A stretch of DNA of 64,000 bases from Hyphomicrobiales bacterium (GTDB lineage: Bacteria; Pseudomonadota; Alphaproteobacteria; Rhizobiales; CBDCVD01): NCBI GenBank assembly GCA_965222955.1, contig OZ244974.1:1756506-1820505 (forward strand), read 5' to 3'. Of the stretch, positions 8,806-19,900 are shown piece by piece. Numbering within the stretch: the stretch's first letter is position 1; each line of letters opens with the position of its first letter. A program made the translations under genes and the position numbers. The notes under the pieces are model-generated. The model searched no databases. It was not told the origin of the DNA and saw only the letters and a list, made by a program, of their open reading frames with translations.

Positions 8806-9015
8806 ATGGTAGAAACAGACATACTCACCATACAAGAAGTGGCTGACTATCTACGCATCACGCAGAAGACGGCTTACCGCTTAGCCGCCAATGAAACGCT
8901 TCCCGGATTTAAAGTTGGTGGATCATGGCGATTTCGCTTGAGTGAGATCGAAGATTGGATCGAGAAACAAAAAGGGCTGGGTGCGAAAAGCCCACAGGCG
9001 CGGGGTAATTCATGA
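8806..9015 (+). CDS. Excisionase-like HTH regulator heading the defence operon
   Basis: ILTIQEVADYLRI..KTAYRLA...LPGFKVGGSWRF; ATGA overlap with the helicase gene. Confidence 0.88.
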   Translation: MVETDILTIQEVADYLRITQKTAYRLAANETLPGFKVGGSWRFRLSEIEDWIEKQKGLGAKSPQARGNS

Positions 9016-12000
9016 AAGTATTCGACTTAGACCGCACACTTGTAAGTGACTATTCGCTGTTCTCTCGTTCCTTTGTTTCTCCCCGATCAGACGACATCCG
9101 CACACGCTTGGATGAGATTTACGCAACTGGGCAATTTTGGCCGGAACCTCTGATATCAATTAACCCGCATTTCCAATCAGGTGCCTCTGTTGTGGAGTTG
9201 GTTCACCAGTCCACCTTGCATCCTCATACCGCGGACGTATTCAGAGTGAATGGCCAAGGTATAACTCTGCACAAACACCAAGAACAGGCGGTCGCAAAAG
9301 CTTCCTCCCGACAGAGTTTTGTTGTCACCACAGGCACTGGTTCGGGTAAATCATTGTGCTTTTTTGTTCCTATCATCGATGCAGCCATCAGGGCGAGAGC
9401 GAATGGAGAAGAGCAGAGAACTCGCGCGATCATCGTCTATCCGATGAACGCACTGGCTAATAGCCAAATCAAAGAAATAGAGAGATTTGTGAAACAAGCA
9501 GGCCTAGGTGATGATCTAAGGCCCACTTTTGCGCGGTACACTGGTCAAGAATCTGAAGAAGAACGGGAAAGGATCAGACAGGAAAAGCCTGATATTCTAC
9601 TCACGAATTTCATGATGCTTGAATTGCTCATGACGCGGCAGAACGATTTGGACAAACAAGTCATCGCGAATGCTAATGGTTTGGATTTTATCGTCTTAGA
9701 CGAGCTTCATACTTATCGCGGTCGCCAAGGCGCAGATGTGGCTCTTCTAGTACGCCGCCTAAAACAACGCTGCGCTGATAAAAATCCACCCATCTGTATT
9801 GGTACGTCCGCTACTATGGCGAATGAAGGGAGCGATCAAAGCCAAGCTGACGCTGTAGCAATGGTTGCGTCAAGACTATTTGGGGAGGACATTAAAGCCG
9901 ACGCCGTAATTGGAGAAACGCTTCGCCGCGCAACAAGTGAATCTGTACAGGTCAAAGACCTTGGCGACAAACTGATTGCCGCCGTCCGCGAGCCACTGCC
10001 TGATGTGCTAACCAATGATATTTTGAAAGAACATCCTCTTAGCATATGGATTGAACTGGCGATTGGGCTTGATGACAGGCAAACTCTCAAGAGAAATACC
10101 CCGACATCTATAGGCGCAGCCGCTGAGAATTTGGCAAACGCTACGGGTTTAGATCTAGATCTCTGCCGAGAACGGTTAGAGCAAATGCTGACTAAGATTG
10201 GTCTCGCAGAAACCTATCGCGGTGGATCTGGTTCTGCTGCATTTATGGCATTCAAACTCCACCGATTTGTAGCAGGTGCTGGTGAAGTTTATACGACGCT
10301 CAGACAACAGCCACGTACGATTACTTTGGATGGTCAGCTTTTCGACCCTGATGATCGTGACGCTCGTCTGTATACCACACATTTTTGCCGGGAATGCGGT
10401 CAAGAGTACCATCCCGTTAAGTTTCAAGAAATTGACGGCATCGGATTTGCGCTTTCACGCGCTATAGATGATACCCCGCTTGAGGATGACGAAACCGACT
10501 TCTATGAGCAAGCTGGATATCTTGCACCGGCTACTGCGGACATCAATTTCTCAGGAGATTTTGACGATTATCCTGATGGTTGGGTCGAAGAAGGAAAAAA
10601 AGGTAAGAGGCTAAAGTCGTACAGAAAAAAACATCAGCCACTTTCAGTGTCTATCTGCGCAGATGGCAGGATTGATGATAGCGGCGAAGCTTTTTGGTTT
10701 ATTCCCGGGAAGTATCGCTTTTGCTTACATTGTAACGAGCAACCCGCTTCGCAGTCACGCGAAAGAACAAAACTTGCAGGCCTTTCTTCTGAAGGCCGGA
10801 GTTCAGCTACGACACTTTTGGTGTCGAGTCTCCTTCAATGGATGAACAATCCAGAAAATGATATTGGTGCGGACAAGAGAAAACTCCTCGGGTTTACCGA
10901 TAACAGGCAGGACGCTGCATTACAGGCCGGTCACTTCAACGACTTTCTCTTTGTAACCTTGCTAAGAGCAGCGACGTTAGCCGCTGTAAAAGATGCCGGC
11001 TCTCGCGGATTATCTGAAGAAGACTTTGGAATGCGGGTTCAGCAAAAGCTTGGCTTTTTCGCTGATAATACAAAAAAGCGTCAGGAATGGATGTACGACC
11101 CCAAAGCCAAAGGCGTAGCGCGCCTAGACGCGGAGCGCACTTTAGCCCGCGTCTTAACGCATCGGGTTTGGGTTGATCAGCGACGCGGTTGGCGATTTAC
11201 GAACCCTAATCTGAGCCTTTTGAAATTAGTCGAGGCCGATTTCGTCGGCTTAGATGAGCTCTGTAACGATGAGGATAGTTTTGCAAACGCCCCTGTAGAG
11301 CTTCAAAGGGCCAGTCCAGATATACGCAAGAGAGCTTTTGGAATCTTGCTCACTGGGTTGCTTGAAGGCCTTGCAATCGGAACTGACGCGCTTAATCAAA
11401 ATACGATAGATGGTCTCGCCCGCACTTCGGAAAACTATTTGCGACCGCCTTGGTCAATCGACTCCAAGGAAAATCCGCCTAGCGCGACCAGCTTACTTTT
11501 ATCAGCACCCAGTCGTCGCGACACCAGACTTCGCGATGACGCGCTTGTTTTACGCGGCGGGCCTAGAAGTCGTTTAGCGCGGCAGATAAGTCACGCCAGC
11601 TTGTGGGGCGAACAATTGCGTGGTGTCGTCTATCTCGAAGTCGTGGAAGCTATGTTACGGGCTGCACAAGACTTCGGTCTGGTTCAAAGCGTCCAGAGTC
11701 CCTTCGATACTATGGGTTGGCAGCTGGCACCTAATGGTGTCCGTTTGATTCCTGGTGAGAATGCGGAGCGATGGGATAATAAGACAAATAGATACTTCCA
11801 TGATCTCTACACGCAACTTGCCGATGCATTACAGAAGGGTGATGGCGACTTGTTCGGCCTCGAAGGGCGCGAACATACAGCGCAAGTCGAGCAGGAAGTA
11901 AGGGAATGGCGCGAATGGCGATTCCGCTTTGAAGAAGAAGATCAACAAAAAATTTCTGAAAACGCCGATGTAATGCGAGCCGCGAAGGAGCCAATGCAGT

Positions 12001-14204
12001 TCCTGCCAACTCTCTTTTGTTCCCCTACAATGGAGCTTGGTGTTGATATATCGGCGTTGAATACAGTCTATTTGCGTAATGTGCCGCCTACGCCTGCAAA
12101 TTATGCTCAGCGCGCTGGTCGTGCAGGTCGTTCTGGACAGCCTGCACTAGTGGTCAGTTATTGCGCTGCGAAAAGCCCACATGATCAATATTACTTCAGC
12201 CGTCGTAACGATATGGTTGGTGGCATCGTTAAACCGCCCGCCTTGGACCTTTCCAACCGAGATTTAATCGCATCCCATTTGCATGCAGTCTGGCTTGCGT
12301 CATCAGGTGCACGTCTTCAATCTGATATTCCGAATGTGGTCGACCTCTCACACGAAGATTTGCCTATTCAAAAGGAACTCATGGAGGCACTGCAATCACC
12401 TGACGTCGCACGAAATGCGTATCCAGGTATGAAAAAGCTATTAGAAAGCATTCTCAAGCGTGAAGACGCCACAAATTTCGGCTGGCTCGAAGATGCTGAC
12501 GAGTTTGTCAAACAGGTTGCAATTGATGCGCCGGAAAATTTTTCTAAAGCTTTTGATCGCTGGAGACAGTTATATCAAGCCGCACGCGCCCAGCTCGTCG
12601 AAGCCAACCGTCGATCTGAAATGCAAGGGCTGGACGGTAAAGAGCGCAGAGAGGTTAAAGCCCAGCAGGCACAAGCTAATGAGCAATTGAGTTTATTAGA
12701 GCGTGGTCGGTCCTCAAGCGGCTCAGACTTCTACACGTACAGGTATCTCGCGACAGAAGGATTTCTGCCAGGATATAATTTTCCGCGTCTGCCGCTTTAT
12801 GCATTTGTGCCGTCAACCGGGGCCGCAAATGGAAAAGCGGCTTATCTACAGCGGGCACGATTCTTAGCAATCTCCGAATTCGGCCCAAAAAGTCTGATCT
12901 ATCATGAAGGTCGAGCTTATCGTGTTTACAAAGCGAAACTACAGGCCGGAGCAAAAGAGGAAGGGCGACTGGCCACAAAGCCGATCTATGTTTGTAGTGC
13001 CTGTGGTGCCGCTCATGACGAGGAGCGTGAACGTTGCCATGCGTGCAATGCTTCACTGAACGATGCGCTTCTAATTTCAGATACTTTACGTATTGATAAT
13101 GTTGAGACTTCCCCAGCGGAACGAATTACAGCGAATGATGAAGAACGCGTTCGCCAAGGCTTCGATATACAAACAGTCTTCTCTTGGCCTAACCGTGAGG
13201 GGCGCTTGGATGTTCTTAGTGCAATTGTCTCCAACAAGACAGAGCCTATTCTTTCTGTACAGTATGCAAATGGAGCAGAAATAAGCCGCGTGAATAAAGG
13301 GCTGAGACGACGCGCTGAACAGAGTATACTTGGATTTGGAATTGATCCGACTTCAGGCCGGTGGGGTGCAATGCCGGGGGATGATGATGCGGACACGCCG
13401 CCAGATAGAGCTGCGAACGTCCGAGTTGTGCCTATTGTTCGTGACCACAAAAACGCAGCGTTGATACAACCTGCGGGCGGGAGCGGACTCAGTGAAAGCA
13501 CTTTGACGACAATTCAGCACGCACTTTTGCGCGGAATTGAAATCAACTTCCAGCTTGAAGAAGGCGAAATTCAGACCGAGCCTTTGCCGACAAAGGACAA
13601 TAGGCGTGCGATTTTGGCCTTTGAGGCTACTGAAGGTGGCGCAGGCGTTCTTGGTCGTTTATTGCGTGAGCCTGACGCTTTTCAGGACGTCGCTCGGACG
13701 GCGTTAAGTGTCATGCACTTCGAGAACATCGATGAGGCCATCGAAAAGCAAGACCCCAACCTTCTCATACCAAATTCGGAAACAAGCTGCGTGAAGGGAT
13801 GTTACCGCTGTCTCCTTAGCTATTACAACCAAATGGACCATGAGCTCATTGATCGCGAGGATGAGCACGCGATTACGACACTGCTTGAACTTGCAGCAAG
13901 TCGCACCACAGTTGAGCAGGAGAACTCATCCGATAACAACAGCGGGGTCCATGAGAGTGACGGCTGGGTCAATAGACTTGCACACCAAGGCCTTCCGGTA
14001 CCTGATGAGTTACCACTTGAGATAAATGAACAGACGTTCCAATTTGTCTGGAGAAACTGTTTTGCCGTCGCTTCTGAATTTGAAATCAGTGCTGAAACAG
14101 ACCAAAAACTAAAGTCCTTGGGCTTCGAGCACGTAACATTGGGAAGAAACGCGTCGACACATATTCCTGACGGTCTAATCAAGCTCTTGAAAGGCCAGTC
14201 ATGA
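9012..14204 (+). CDS. YprA-family DEAD/DEAH helicase with DUF1998 (MrfA Zn-binding) domain, 1730 aa
   Basis: TGTGSGKS, YPMNALANSQ, DELH, SPTMELGVDI, QRAGRAGR; internal CxxC pairs; C-terminal CVKGCYRCLLSYYNQ. Confidence 0.9.
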   Translation: MKVFDLDRTLVSDYSLFSRSFVSPRSDDIRTRLDEIYATGQFWPEPLISINPHFQSGASVVELVHQSTLHPHTADVFRVNGQGITLHKHQEQAVAKASSRQSFVVTTGTGSGKSLCFFVPIIDAAIRARANGEEQRTRAIIVYPMNALANSQIKEIERFVKQAGLGDDLRPTFARYTGQESEEERERIRQEKPDILLTNFMMLELLMTRQNDLDKQVIANANGLDFIVLDELHTYRGRQGADVALLVRRLKQRCADKNPPICIGTSATMANEGSDQSQADAVAMVASRLFGEDIKADAVIGETLRRATSESVQVKDLGDKLIAAVREPLPDVLTNDILKEHPLSIWIELAIGLDDRQTLKRNTPTSIGAAAENLANATGLDLDLCRERLEQMLTKIGLAETYRGGSGSAAFMAFKLHRFVAGAGEVYTTLRQQPRTITLDGQLFDPDDRDARLYTTHFCRECGQEYHPVKFQEIDGIGFALSRAIDDTPLEDDETDFYEQAGYLAPATADINFSGDFDDYPDGWVEEGKKGKRLKSYRKKHQPLSVSICADGRIDDSGEAFWFIPGKYRFCLHCNEQPASQSRERTKLAGLSSEGRSSATTLLVSSLLQWMNNPENDIGADKRKLLGFTDNRQDAALQAGHFNDFLFVTLLRAATLAAVKDAGSRGLSEEDFGMRVQQKLGFFADNTKKRQEWMYDPKAKGVARLDAERTLARVLTHRVWVDQRRGWRFTNPNLSLLKLVEADFVGLDELCNDEDSFANAPVELQRASPDIRKRAFGILLTGLLEGLAIGTDALNQNTIDGLARTSENYLRPPWSIDSKENPPSATSLLLSAPSRRDTRLRDDALVLRGGPRSRLARQISHASLWGEQLRGVVYLEVVEAMLRAAQDFGLVQSVQSPFDTMGWQLAPNGVRLIPGENAERWDNKTNRYFHDLYTQLADALQKGDGDLFGLEGREHTAQVEQEVREWREWRFRFEEEDQQKISENADVMRAAKEPMQFLPTLFCSPTMELGVDISALNTVYLRNVPPTPANYAQRAGRAGRSGQPALVVSYCAAKSPHDQYYFSRRNDMVGGIVKPPALDLSNRDLIASHLHAVWLASSGARLQSDIPNVVDLSHEDLPIQKELMEALQSPDVARNAYPGMKKLLESILKREDATNFGWLEDADEFVKQVAIDAPENFSKAFDRWRQLYQAARAQLVEANRRSEMQGLDGKERREVKAQQAQANEQLSLLERGRSSSGSDFYTYRYLATEGFLPGYNFPRLPLYAFVPSTGAANGKAAYLQRARFLAISEFGPKSLIYHEGRAYRVYKAKLQAGAKEEGRLATKPIYVCSACGAAHDEERERCHACNASLNDALLISDTLRIDNVETSPAERITANDEERVRQGFDIQTVFSWPNREGRLDVLSAIVSNKTEPILSVQYANGAEISRVNKGLRRRAEQSILGFGIDPTSGRWGAMPGDDDADTPPDRAANVRVVPIVRDHKNAALIQPAGGSGLSESTLTTIQHALLRGIEINFQLEEGEIQTEPLPTKDNRRAILAFEATEGGAGVLGRLLREPDAFQDVARTALSVMHFENIDEAIEKQDPNLLIPNSETSCVKGCYRCLLSYYNQMDHELIDREDEHAITTLLELAASRTTVEQENSSDNNSGVHESDGWVNRLAHQGLPVPDELPLEINEQTFQFVWRNCFAVASEFEISAETDQKLKSLGFEHVTLGRNASTHIPDGLIKLLKGQS

Positions 14205-16957
14205 CGCAAAGTTTTTCGCCAGGCGATCTCGTTCGCGCACGCGGCCGTGAATGGATTACAGTCCCCACTCCAAATATCGATTGGTTAGCCCTTAGGCCGC
14301 TATCTGGTTCGGAATCTGACATTCAACTGATTGACCCGCAGCTGGAGACAGAGCCAGTTACATTTGCGAGCTTCGACCTGCCCCACGCTGACGATGTTTC
14401 AACACAAGCTGGCGCGCAACTGCTGTCGGAATCTCTTCGCATTTCGCAACGCAGAGGCGCAGGCCCATTCCGCTCTGCAGCTCGATTAGGTTTCGAGCCT
14501 CGCGCCTATCAACTCGTCCCGCTTTTAATGGCCCTACGACAAGAGGTCGTTCGACTGCTGATTGCAGATGATGTGGGCATCGGTAAAACGATCGAAGCTG
14601 GTTTGATTCTTAGAGAATTGATCGATCGAGGCGAAGTTGATCAATTCTCAGTTTTATGCCCCCCGCATCTTGTTGATCAATGGACAACAGAACTCAAAGA
14701 GAAATTTGATCTGGATGTGAAAGCGGTTACTGCGAGTTCGGCGCGAAAACTGGAGCGCGGTCTGCCTATGTCGCAGACACTCTTCGACGCATATCCCTTC
14801 ACAATCGTAAGCCTAGATTACATTAAAGCGGATAAGCGCAGGGAATCATTTGCCAGAGCGTGCCCTTCGTTCGTCATTGTAGACGAGGCTCATGCCTGCG
14901 TTGGCACTCATAAAGGCAGACAACAGCGTTTTGATCTACTTCACCGTCTCTCACTGACCGTAGACCGCCATATGGTGTTTTTAACTGCGATACCTCATTC
15001 CGGAGATGAACAGGCGTTTGCGCGCTTGCTTTCTTTGCTGAACCACGAATTCGAGTCCCTTTCCTTTGATGATGAGAAATACAGAGAACGATTAGCACGG
15101 CATTTCGTTCAAAGACGTCGGATTGACATTACATCCAAGGACTGGGGTGAGGATCGTGTCTTTCCCACACATGAAACAGCCGAAGCTCCTTATGAGCTTG
15201 ACCCTCTCCATCTTCAGTTTCATGAATCTGTTATCGATTACTGTTTTGGTGCCGTCGAGAAAGCAGGCGAAAGTAAACAGCAAAGGCGACTGGCCTTTTG
15301 GGGAACCCTTGCCCTCATGCGTTGTGTCGGATCTTCACCGGCAGCAGCGCTCAGCGCGCTTCGCAATAGAATACAAGGATTGGAGAGTGAGCTCGAAGAA
15401 CACATCTTTGACGAAGATGGTGAAGATGAAGATGCCGTTGATTTAGAACCATCGACACCATCGGGTGACGACGCTGAGCTTACAGAATTATTGCGTCAAG
15501 CTGCGCTGTTATGCGACGCGCCCGACCCGAAAGTGGAAGCAACCATTTCTTTGCTGCGACCAATTATAAAGTCTGGTGGTCAGCCAGTTGTGTTTTGTAG
15601 ATATATAGCCACAGCTAAATATCTCGGCGCAGCTTTGAAAAAGGCTTTTCCTAAATTGGCGGTTGAGGTGGTGACTGGCGCACTTCCCCCCGACGAGCGA
15701 AAATCGCGCGTTCAAGAGATGGGGGAGCATGAATCCCGGCTTTTGGTGGCTACGGATTGTCTGTCAGAAGGTATCAATCTTCAGAGTCTTTTTGATGCTG
15801 TCTTACATTATGATTTGTCATGGAATCCAACACGGCACCAACAGCGCGAGGGCCGGGTCAATCGGTTTGGGCAAGCTGCAAATGTTGTAAAATCAATTCT
15901 TCTCTTTTCACCAGATAGTGCGATTGATGGCGCAGTGCTGGATGTAATTTTACGTAAAGCAGAAGCCATTCGAAAAGCCACAGGCGTGACAGTACCGTTG
16001 CCCGAAAAACGTGGCGCACTGACAGATGCTTTGATGAACGCGATTGTTTTAAGACAAGGAAAAAATCGGAATTTACAATTAGATTTGCGCTTCGAGGATG
16101 GCACGCGTGCGATGGAGACTCGTTGGCGTGATGCAGAAGAAAACGAACGTCGCTCACGCGCAAGATTTGCACAGAATGCGATTAAACCGGAAGAAGTTGC
16201 CCCTGAGTGGAAAAAGCTGCGTGCATTGTTAGGCAGTCCGAATGACCTCCAAAGATATTTGGAGAGAGCCTTTTCACGCTTGAAAGCGCCTCTTCAACAA
16301 AAGGACAGACTGAGTATTGCTCATCTAGATCGCGTGCCAACGGCATTGTCGGAACGGTTGGCGGCGCGGGGTCTTGAGGGCGCAACTCGATTTACATTTG
16401 AAGAGCCCGCGCCTTCAAACGCAAGTGTCGTCACGCGCAACCACCCCATCCCGTCAACAATCGCCGATATGCTATTGGAAAGCGCACTGGAAACAACAGA
16501 TGCGCTTCTCGAGTCTATTGGAAGAAGTGGTGCTTGGCCTACTAAGGCTGTGGAAGAGCTTACGCTGGTAGTCTTGCTCCGCGTGCGTTTCAAATTGACG
16601 GTTCATGCAAGAAAACAGCGAACCTTACTCGCAGAAGAAGCTTCCCTGATCGCCTTTTCTTCAGACAACCAGATCTCCTACAAAGATGATGATGCACAAG
16701 CTCTCATGTCGCATGAGGCTGTAAGAGATTTAACGGACCATCGTCGCAAGCAATTTGTTAAACAGGCCTTATCGCGCGTATCATCAGAACTCCGAGATGG
16801 TCCACTTAACGAATATGCGCTTGAGCGAGCAAATCTACTTGAGACGGATCACGGTCGCTTGCGTGCAGCCGGCGCAAGTGTTCCGCGCGTCTCTGTAGAA
16901 GCTGTAACGCCAGTTGATATTATTGGAGCCTATGTCCTCCTTCCAGGTGGGCTTTAA
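14201..16957 (+). CDS. SNF2-family helicase (DrmD-like)
   Basis: LIADDVGIGKT, DEAH, SEGINLQ, WNPTRHQQREGRVNRFGQ; ATGA overlap with upstream gene. Confidence 0.9.
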   Translation: MTQSFSPGDLVRARGREWITVPTPNIDWLALRPLSGSESDIQLIDPQLETEPVTFASFDLPHADDVSTQAGAQLLSESLRISQRRGAGPFRSAARLGFEPRAYQLVPLLMALRQEVVRLLIADDVGIGKTIEAGLILRELIDRGEVDQFSVLCPPHLVDQWTTELKEKFDLDVKAVTASSARKLERGLPMSQTLFDAYPFTIVSLDYIKADKRRESFARACPSFVIVDEAHACVGTHKGRQQRFDLLHRLSLTVDRHMVFLTAIPHSGDEQAFARLLSLLNHEFESLSFDDEKYRERLARHFVQRRRIDITSKDWGEDRVFPTHETAEAPYELDPLHLQFHESVIDYCFGAVEKAGESKQQRRLAFWGTLALMRCVGSSPAAALSALRNRIQGLESELEEHIFDEDGEDEDAVDLEPSTPSGDDAELTELLRQAALLCDAPDPKVEATISLLRPIIKSGGQPVVFCRYIATAKYLGAALKKAFPKLAVEVVTGALPPDERKSRVQEMGEHESRLLVATDCLSEGINLQSLFDAVLHYDLSWNPTRHQQREGRVNRFGQAANVVKSILLFSPDSAIDGAVLDVILRKAEAIRKATGVTVPLPEKRGALTDALMNAIVLRQGKNRNLQLDLRFEDGTRAMETRWRDAEENERRSRARFAQNAIKPEEVAPEWKKLRALLGSPNDLQRYLERAFSRLKAPLQQKDRLSIAHLDRVPTALSERLAARGLEGATRFTFEEPAPSNASVVTRNHPIPSTIADMLLESALETTDALLESIGRSGAWPTKAVEELTLVVLLRVRFKLTVHARKQRTLLAEEASLIAFSSDNQISYKDDDAQALMSHEAVRDLTDHRRKQFVKQALSRVSSELRDGPLNEYALERANLLETDHGRLRAAGASVPRVSVEAVTPVDIIGAYVLLPGGL

Positions 16958-16960
16958 ATC

Positions 16961-19900
16961 ATGGCGCGTAAGACAATTTCCGACATTTCCGCACTCTTGA
17001 ACATTACGCTTGAAGGCAACCTCATTGCCCCAGCGATGTTGGCGAAAGTTGAACGACTAGAGGCAGACGGCCAGGGTGAACAGGATTACGCGGTTAAACC
17101 CGGTTTGACTATTCGTGATGAAATCCCGCGAGCGTTCCGCATCGGCCAAGCTTTATATGAGCAGTTTTCTGGATCAGACGAAACAACGTCAGCCGCCACC
17201 CTACGTTTTGTCACACAGATGTTGACGGACGTCTTCGGATTCAACGACCTTATCAAAGGTGGGAAACGCTCGCGAGAAGGCCGCGAGTATCTGGTTCATT
17301 TAGAAGCCGGTGAGGGCCGCATACCGGTAATAGTCGTGCCGCCTCGTGACACAATTGATCGTGCCAGCGAGACGCTGGCTTTTGATGAGCGCAAAAGGTC
17401 TGCTTCAACAGCCCTACAAGACTGGCTCAATGCTGAAGATGACGCACTTTGGGGATTGGCGACCAATGGCGAAGTTATCCGCCTCATGCGTGATAATGCT
17501 AGCCTTACCCGTCCGGCTTTTGTCGAGGCAGACCTTAAACAGATTTTTGAAATAGAAGACTATTCTAGTTTCTCCGCGCTCTGGCTTTTGCTGCATCGCT
17601 CGCGGTTTGGCGACAAACCTGCCCCCGTCACAGATTGCGCCCTTGAACGTTGGCGCGATACTGGCTCCAAGGAAGGCGCTGTGGCCCGAGACCGATTGCG
17701 GGACGGTGTTGAAGACGCATTAAGAGTGTTTGGTTCAGGCTTTCTTGAAGCCAACCCGGACTTAAGGAAACGACTCTCTGAAGGTGATCTCAAGCTAACG
17801 GTTTTCTTCAATGAACTGCTGCGCATCATATATCGCCTGATTTTCCTGATGGTCGCCGAAGACCGTGACCTGCTCCATGATCCCAATGCCAGCACTGACA
17901 CACGCCAGATCTATGCAGAGGGCTATTCTCTGAAGCGACTTCGGGAACGATCGATCCGTCGTTCCAATTGGGACAAGCACCGTGACCTCTATGAGGGCCT
18001 CAAGATTGTATTTCGGTCATTGGCACAAGGCGAAGAGAAACTGGGATTGCCCGCACTTGGCGGCCTATTCGACCAAGGACTGATCCCCGACCTCGACAAT
18101 TCAGCGCTCCCGAATCGCGCACTCATGGAAGCCATCTACCGACTTGCTTGGCTGAAAGAAAAGGACGCGTTGCTCCCTATCAATTGGCGGGAGATGGAAA
18201 CTGAAGAGTTGGGCTCTGTTTATGAGAGCCTTTTGGAACTCACGCCCCGAATTGATATTGCGGCCAAGCGGTTCTATTTTGCCGAAGGCGAAGAAACCAA
18301 AGGCAATCAACGCAAGACAACGGGTAGCTATTATACGCCCGATAGCCTCGTACAGGTCTTGCTCGATTCTGCCCTTGATCCGGTTCTTGACCGCATTGAA
18401 CGCGAAGCTGACGATCCAGCTGATGCCCTCACGAAAGCAACCGTTATCGACCCGGCTTGCGGATCAGGCCATTTTCTACTTGCCGCAGCGCGGCGTATTG
18501 CAACGCGCGTTGCCCGTATTCGGGCTGGTGGCGTGGCGAGTGCTACAGACTTTCGACATGCTCTAAGAGACGTTGCTCGGGGTTGCATTCACGGTGTTGA
18601 CCGCAATCCAATGGCGGTCGAGCTCACCAAAGTTGCACTTTGGATCGAAACCGTCGAACCTGGAAAACCGTTAGGTTTTCTTGACGCGAATATCAGATGT
18701 GGTGATGCGCTGATTGGCGTTTTTGACCTCGAGGTATTGGAACAGGGCATACCCGACGCAGCTTATAAAAAACTCACCGGAGACGATAAAGATACTGCAG
18801 CGCATTATCGCAAAAAAAACAAGCAAGAAATCAAAGACCGGGACCGCGTACAGCAGGGCTTTGGGTTCAATCGACAGAGTAACTTTACGAAAGCGTTCAC
18901 TAAAGTCCGCGCCATGCCGGAGGGTTCGGTCGGTCAAATCGAGGCCAAAGCTAAAGCTTTGCGCACCCTTACCGCAAGCGGCTCAGATGTATGGCAGCTA
19001 CAACAAGCCTGCGATATGTATGTGGCAGCCTTCCTCTTGCCCAAAACTGTCAACACAGAATTCCTCGGTGCAAAAGGCCTACCTTCAGCCGGACGAGAGA
19101 CCGTGCCCACCTCCCGTCCGTTGTGGGATTACCTAAGGGGTATTTCAGCATTTGGGCCAATGGTCGGCGCTAGCATTAATGCCGCCAGAAGAGCACGTGC
19201 ATTCCATTGGCCATTGGAATTCCCAGATGTGATGGCACATGGAGGTTTTGACGTTGTTTTAGGAAACCCGCCATGGGAAGTTATTCAGCTATCGGAGAAA
19301 GAGTTCTTTGCGGCATTGGCGCCAGATATTGCCGCCTTGTCAGGTGCTAAGCGAAAGGCTGCAATTGCAGAGCTTGAAATAGGAAACCCTAGCCTATTCA
19401 TGGCTTATACTCTGGGAAAGCGCGAGTTTGATGCCGCCAATGAGTTCGCTCGCGCATCGGGTCGATTCGTGTATTCTGCAGAGGGGAAGCTCAACACATA
19501 TTCTTTGTTTGCTGAACTCTTTCTGTCCGTCATGAGTAGCGTTGGAGGTGCTGGTTTGATCGTACCAACCGGCATTGCAACTGATAAATTTAATGCAAAG
19601 TTCTTTGCTCACGTTAGCGGAGAAAACCTAGTTCGCTCTCTATTTTCTTTTGAGAATGAAGAGTTTGTTTTTCCGGCAATTCATCACTCTATTCGGTTCT
19701 GTCTTTTGACGCTATCGCGCGCCGATACCGATCAGGCGGAGTTCGCATTCTTTTTGAGAAGAATAGCTCAGATTGAGGACCCCATCAGAGTCTACAACCT
19801 GTCATCAGAAGAAATTGGGCTAATCAATCCAATAACGTGGACAGCTCCAGTATTTAGAACTCGGGCCGATGCTGACCTAACCGCAGCCGTGTATCATCGA

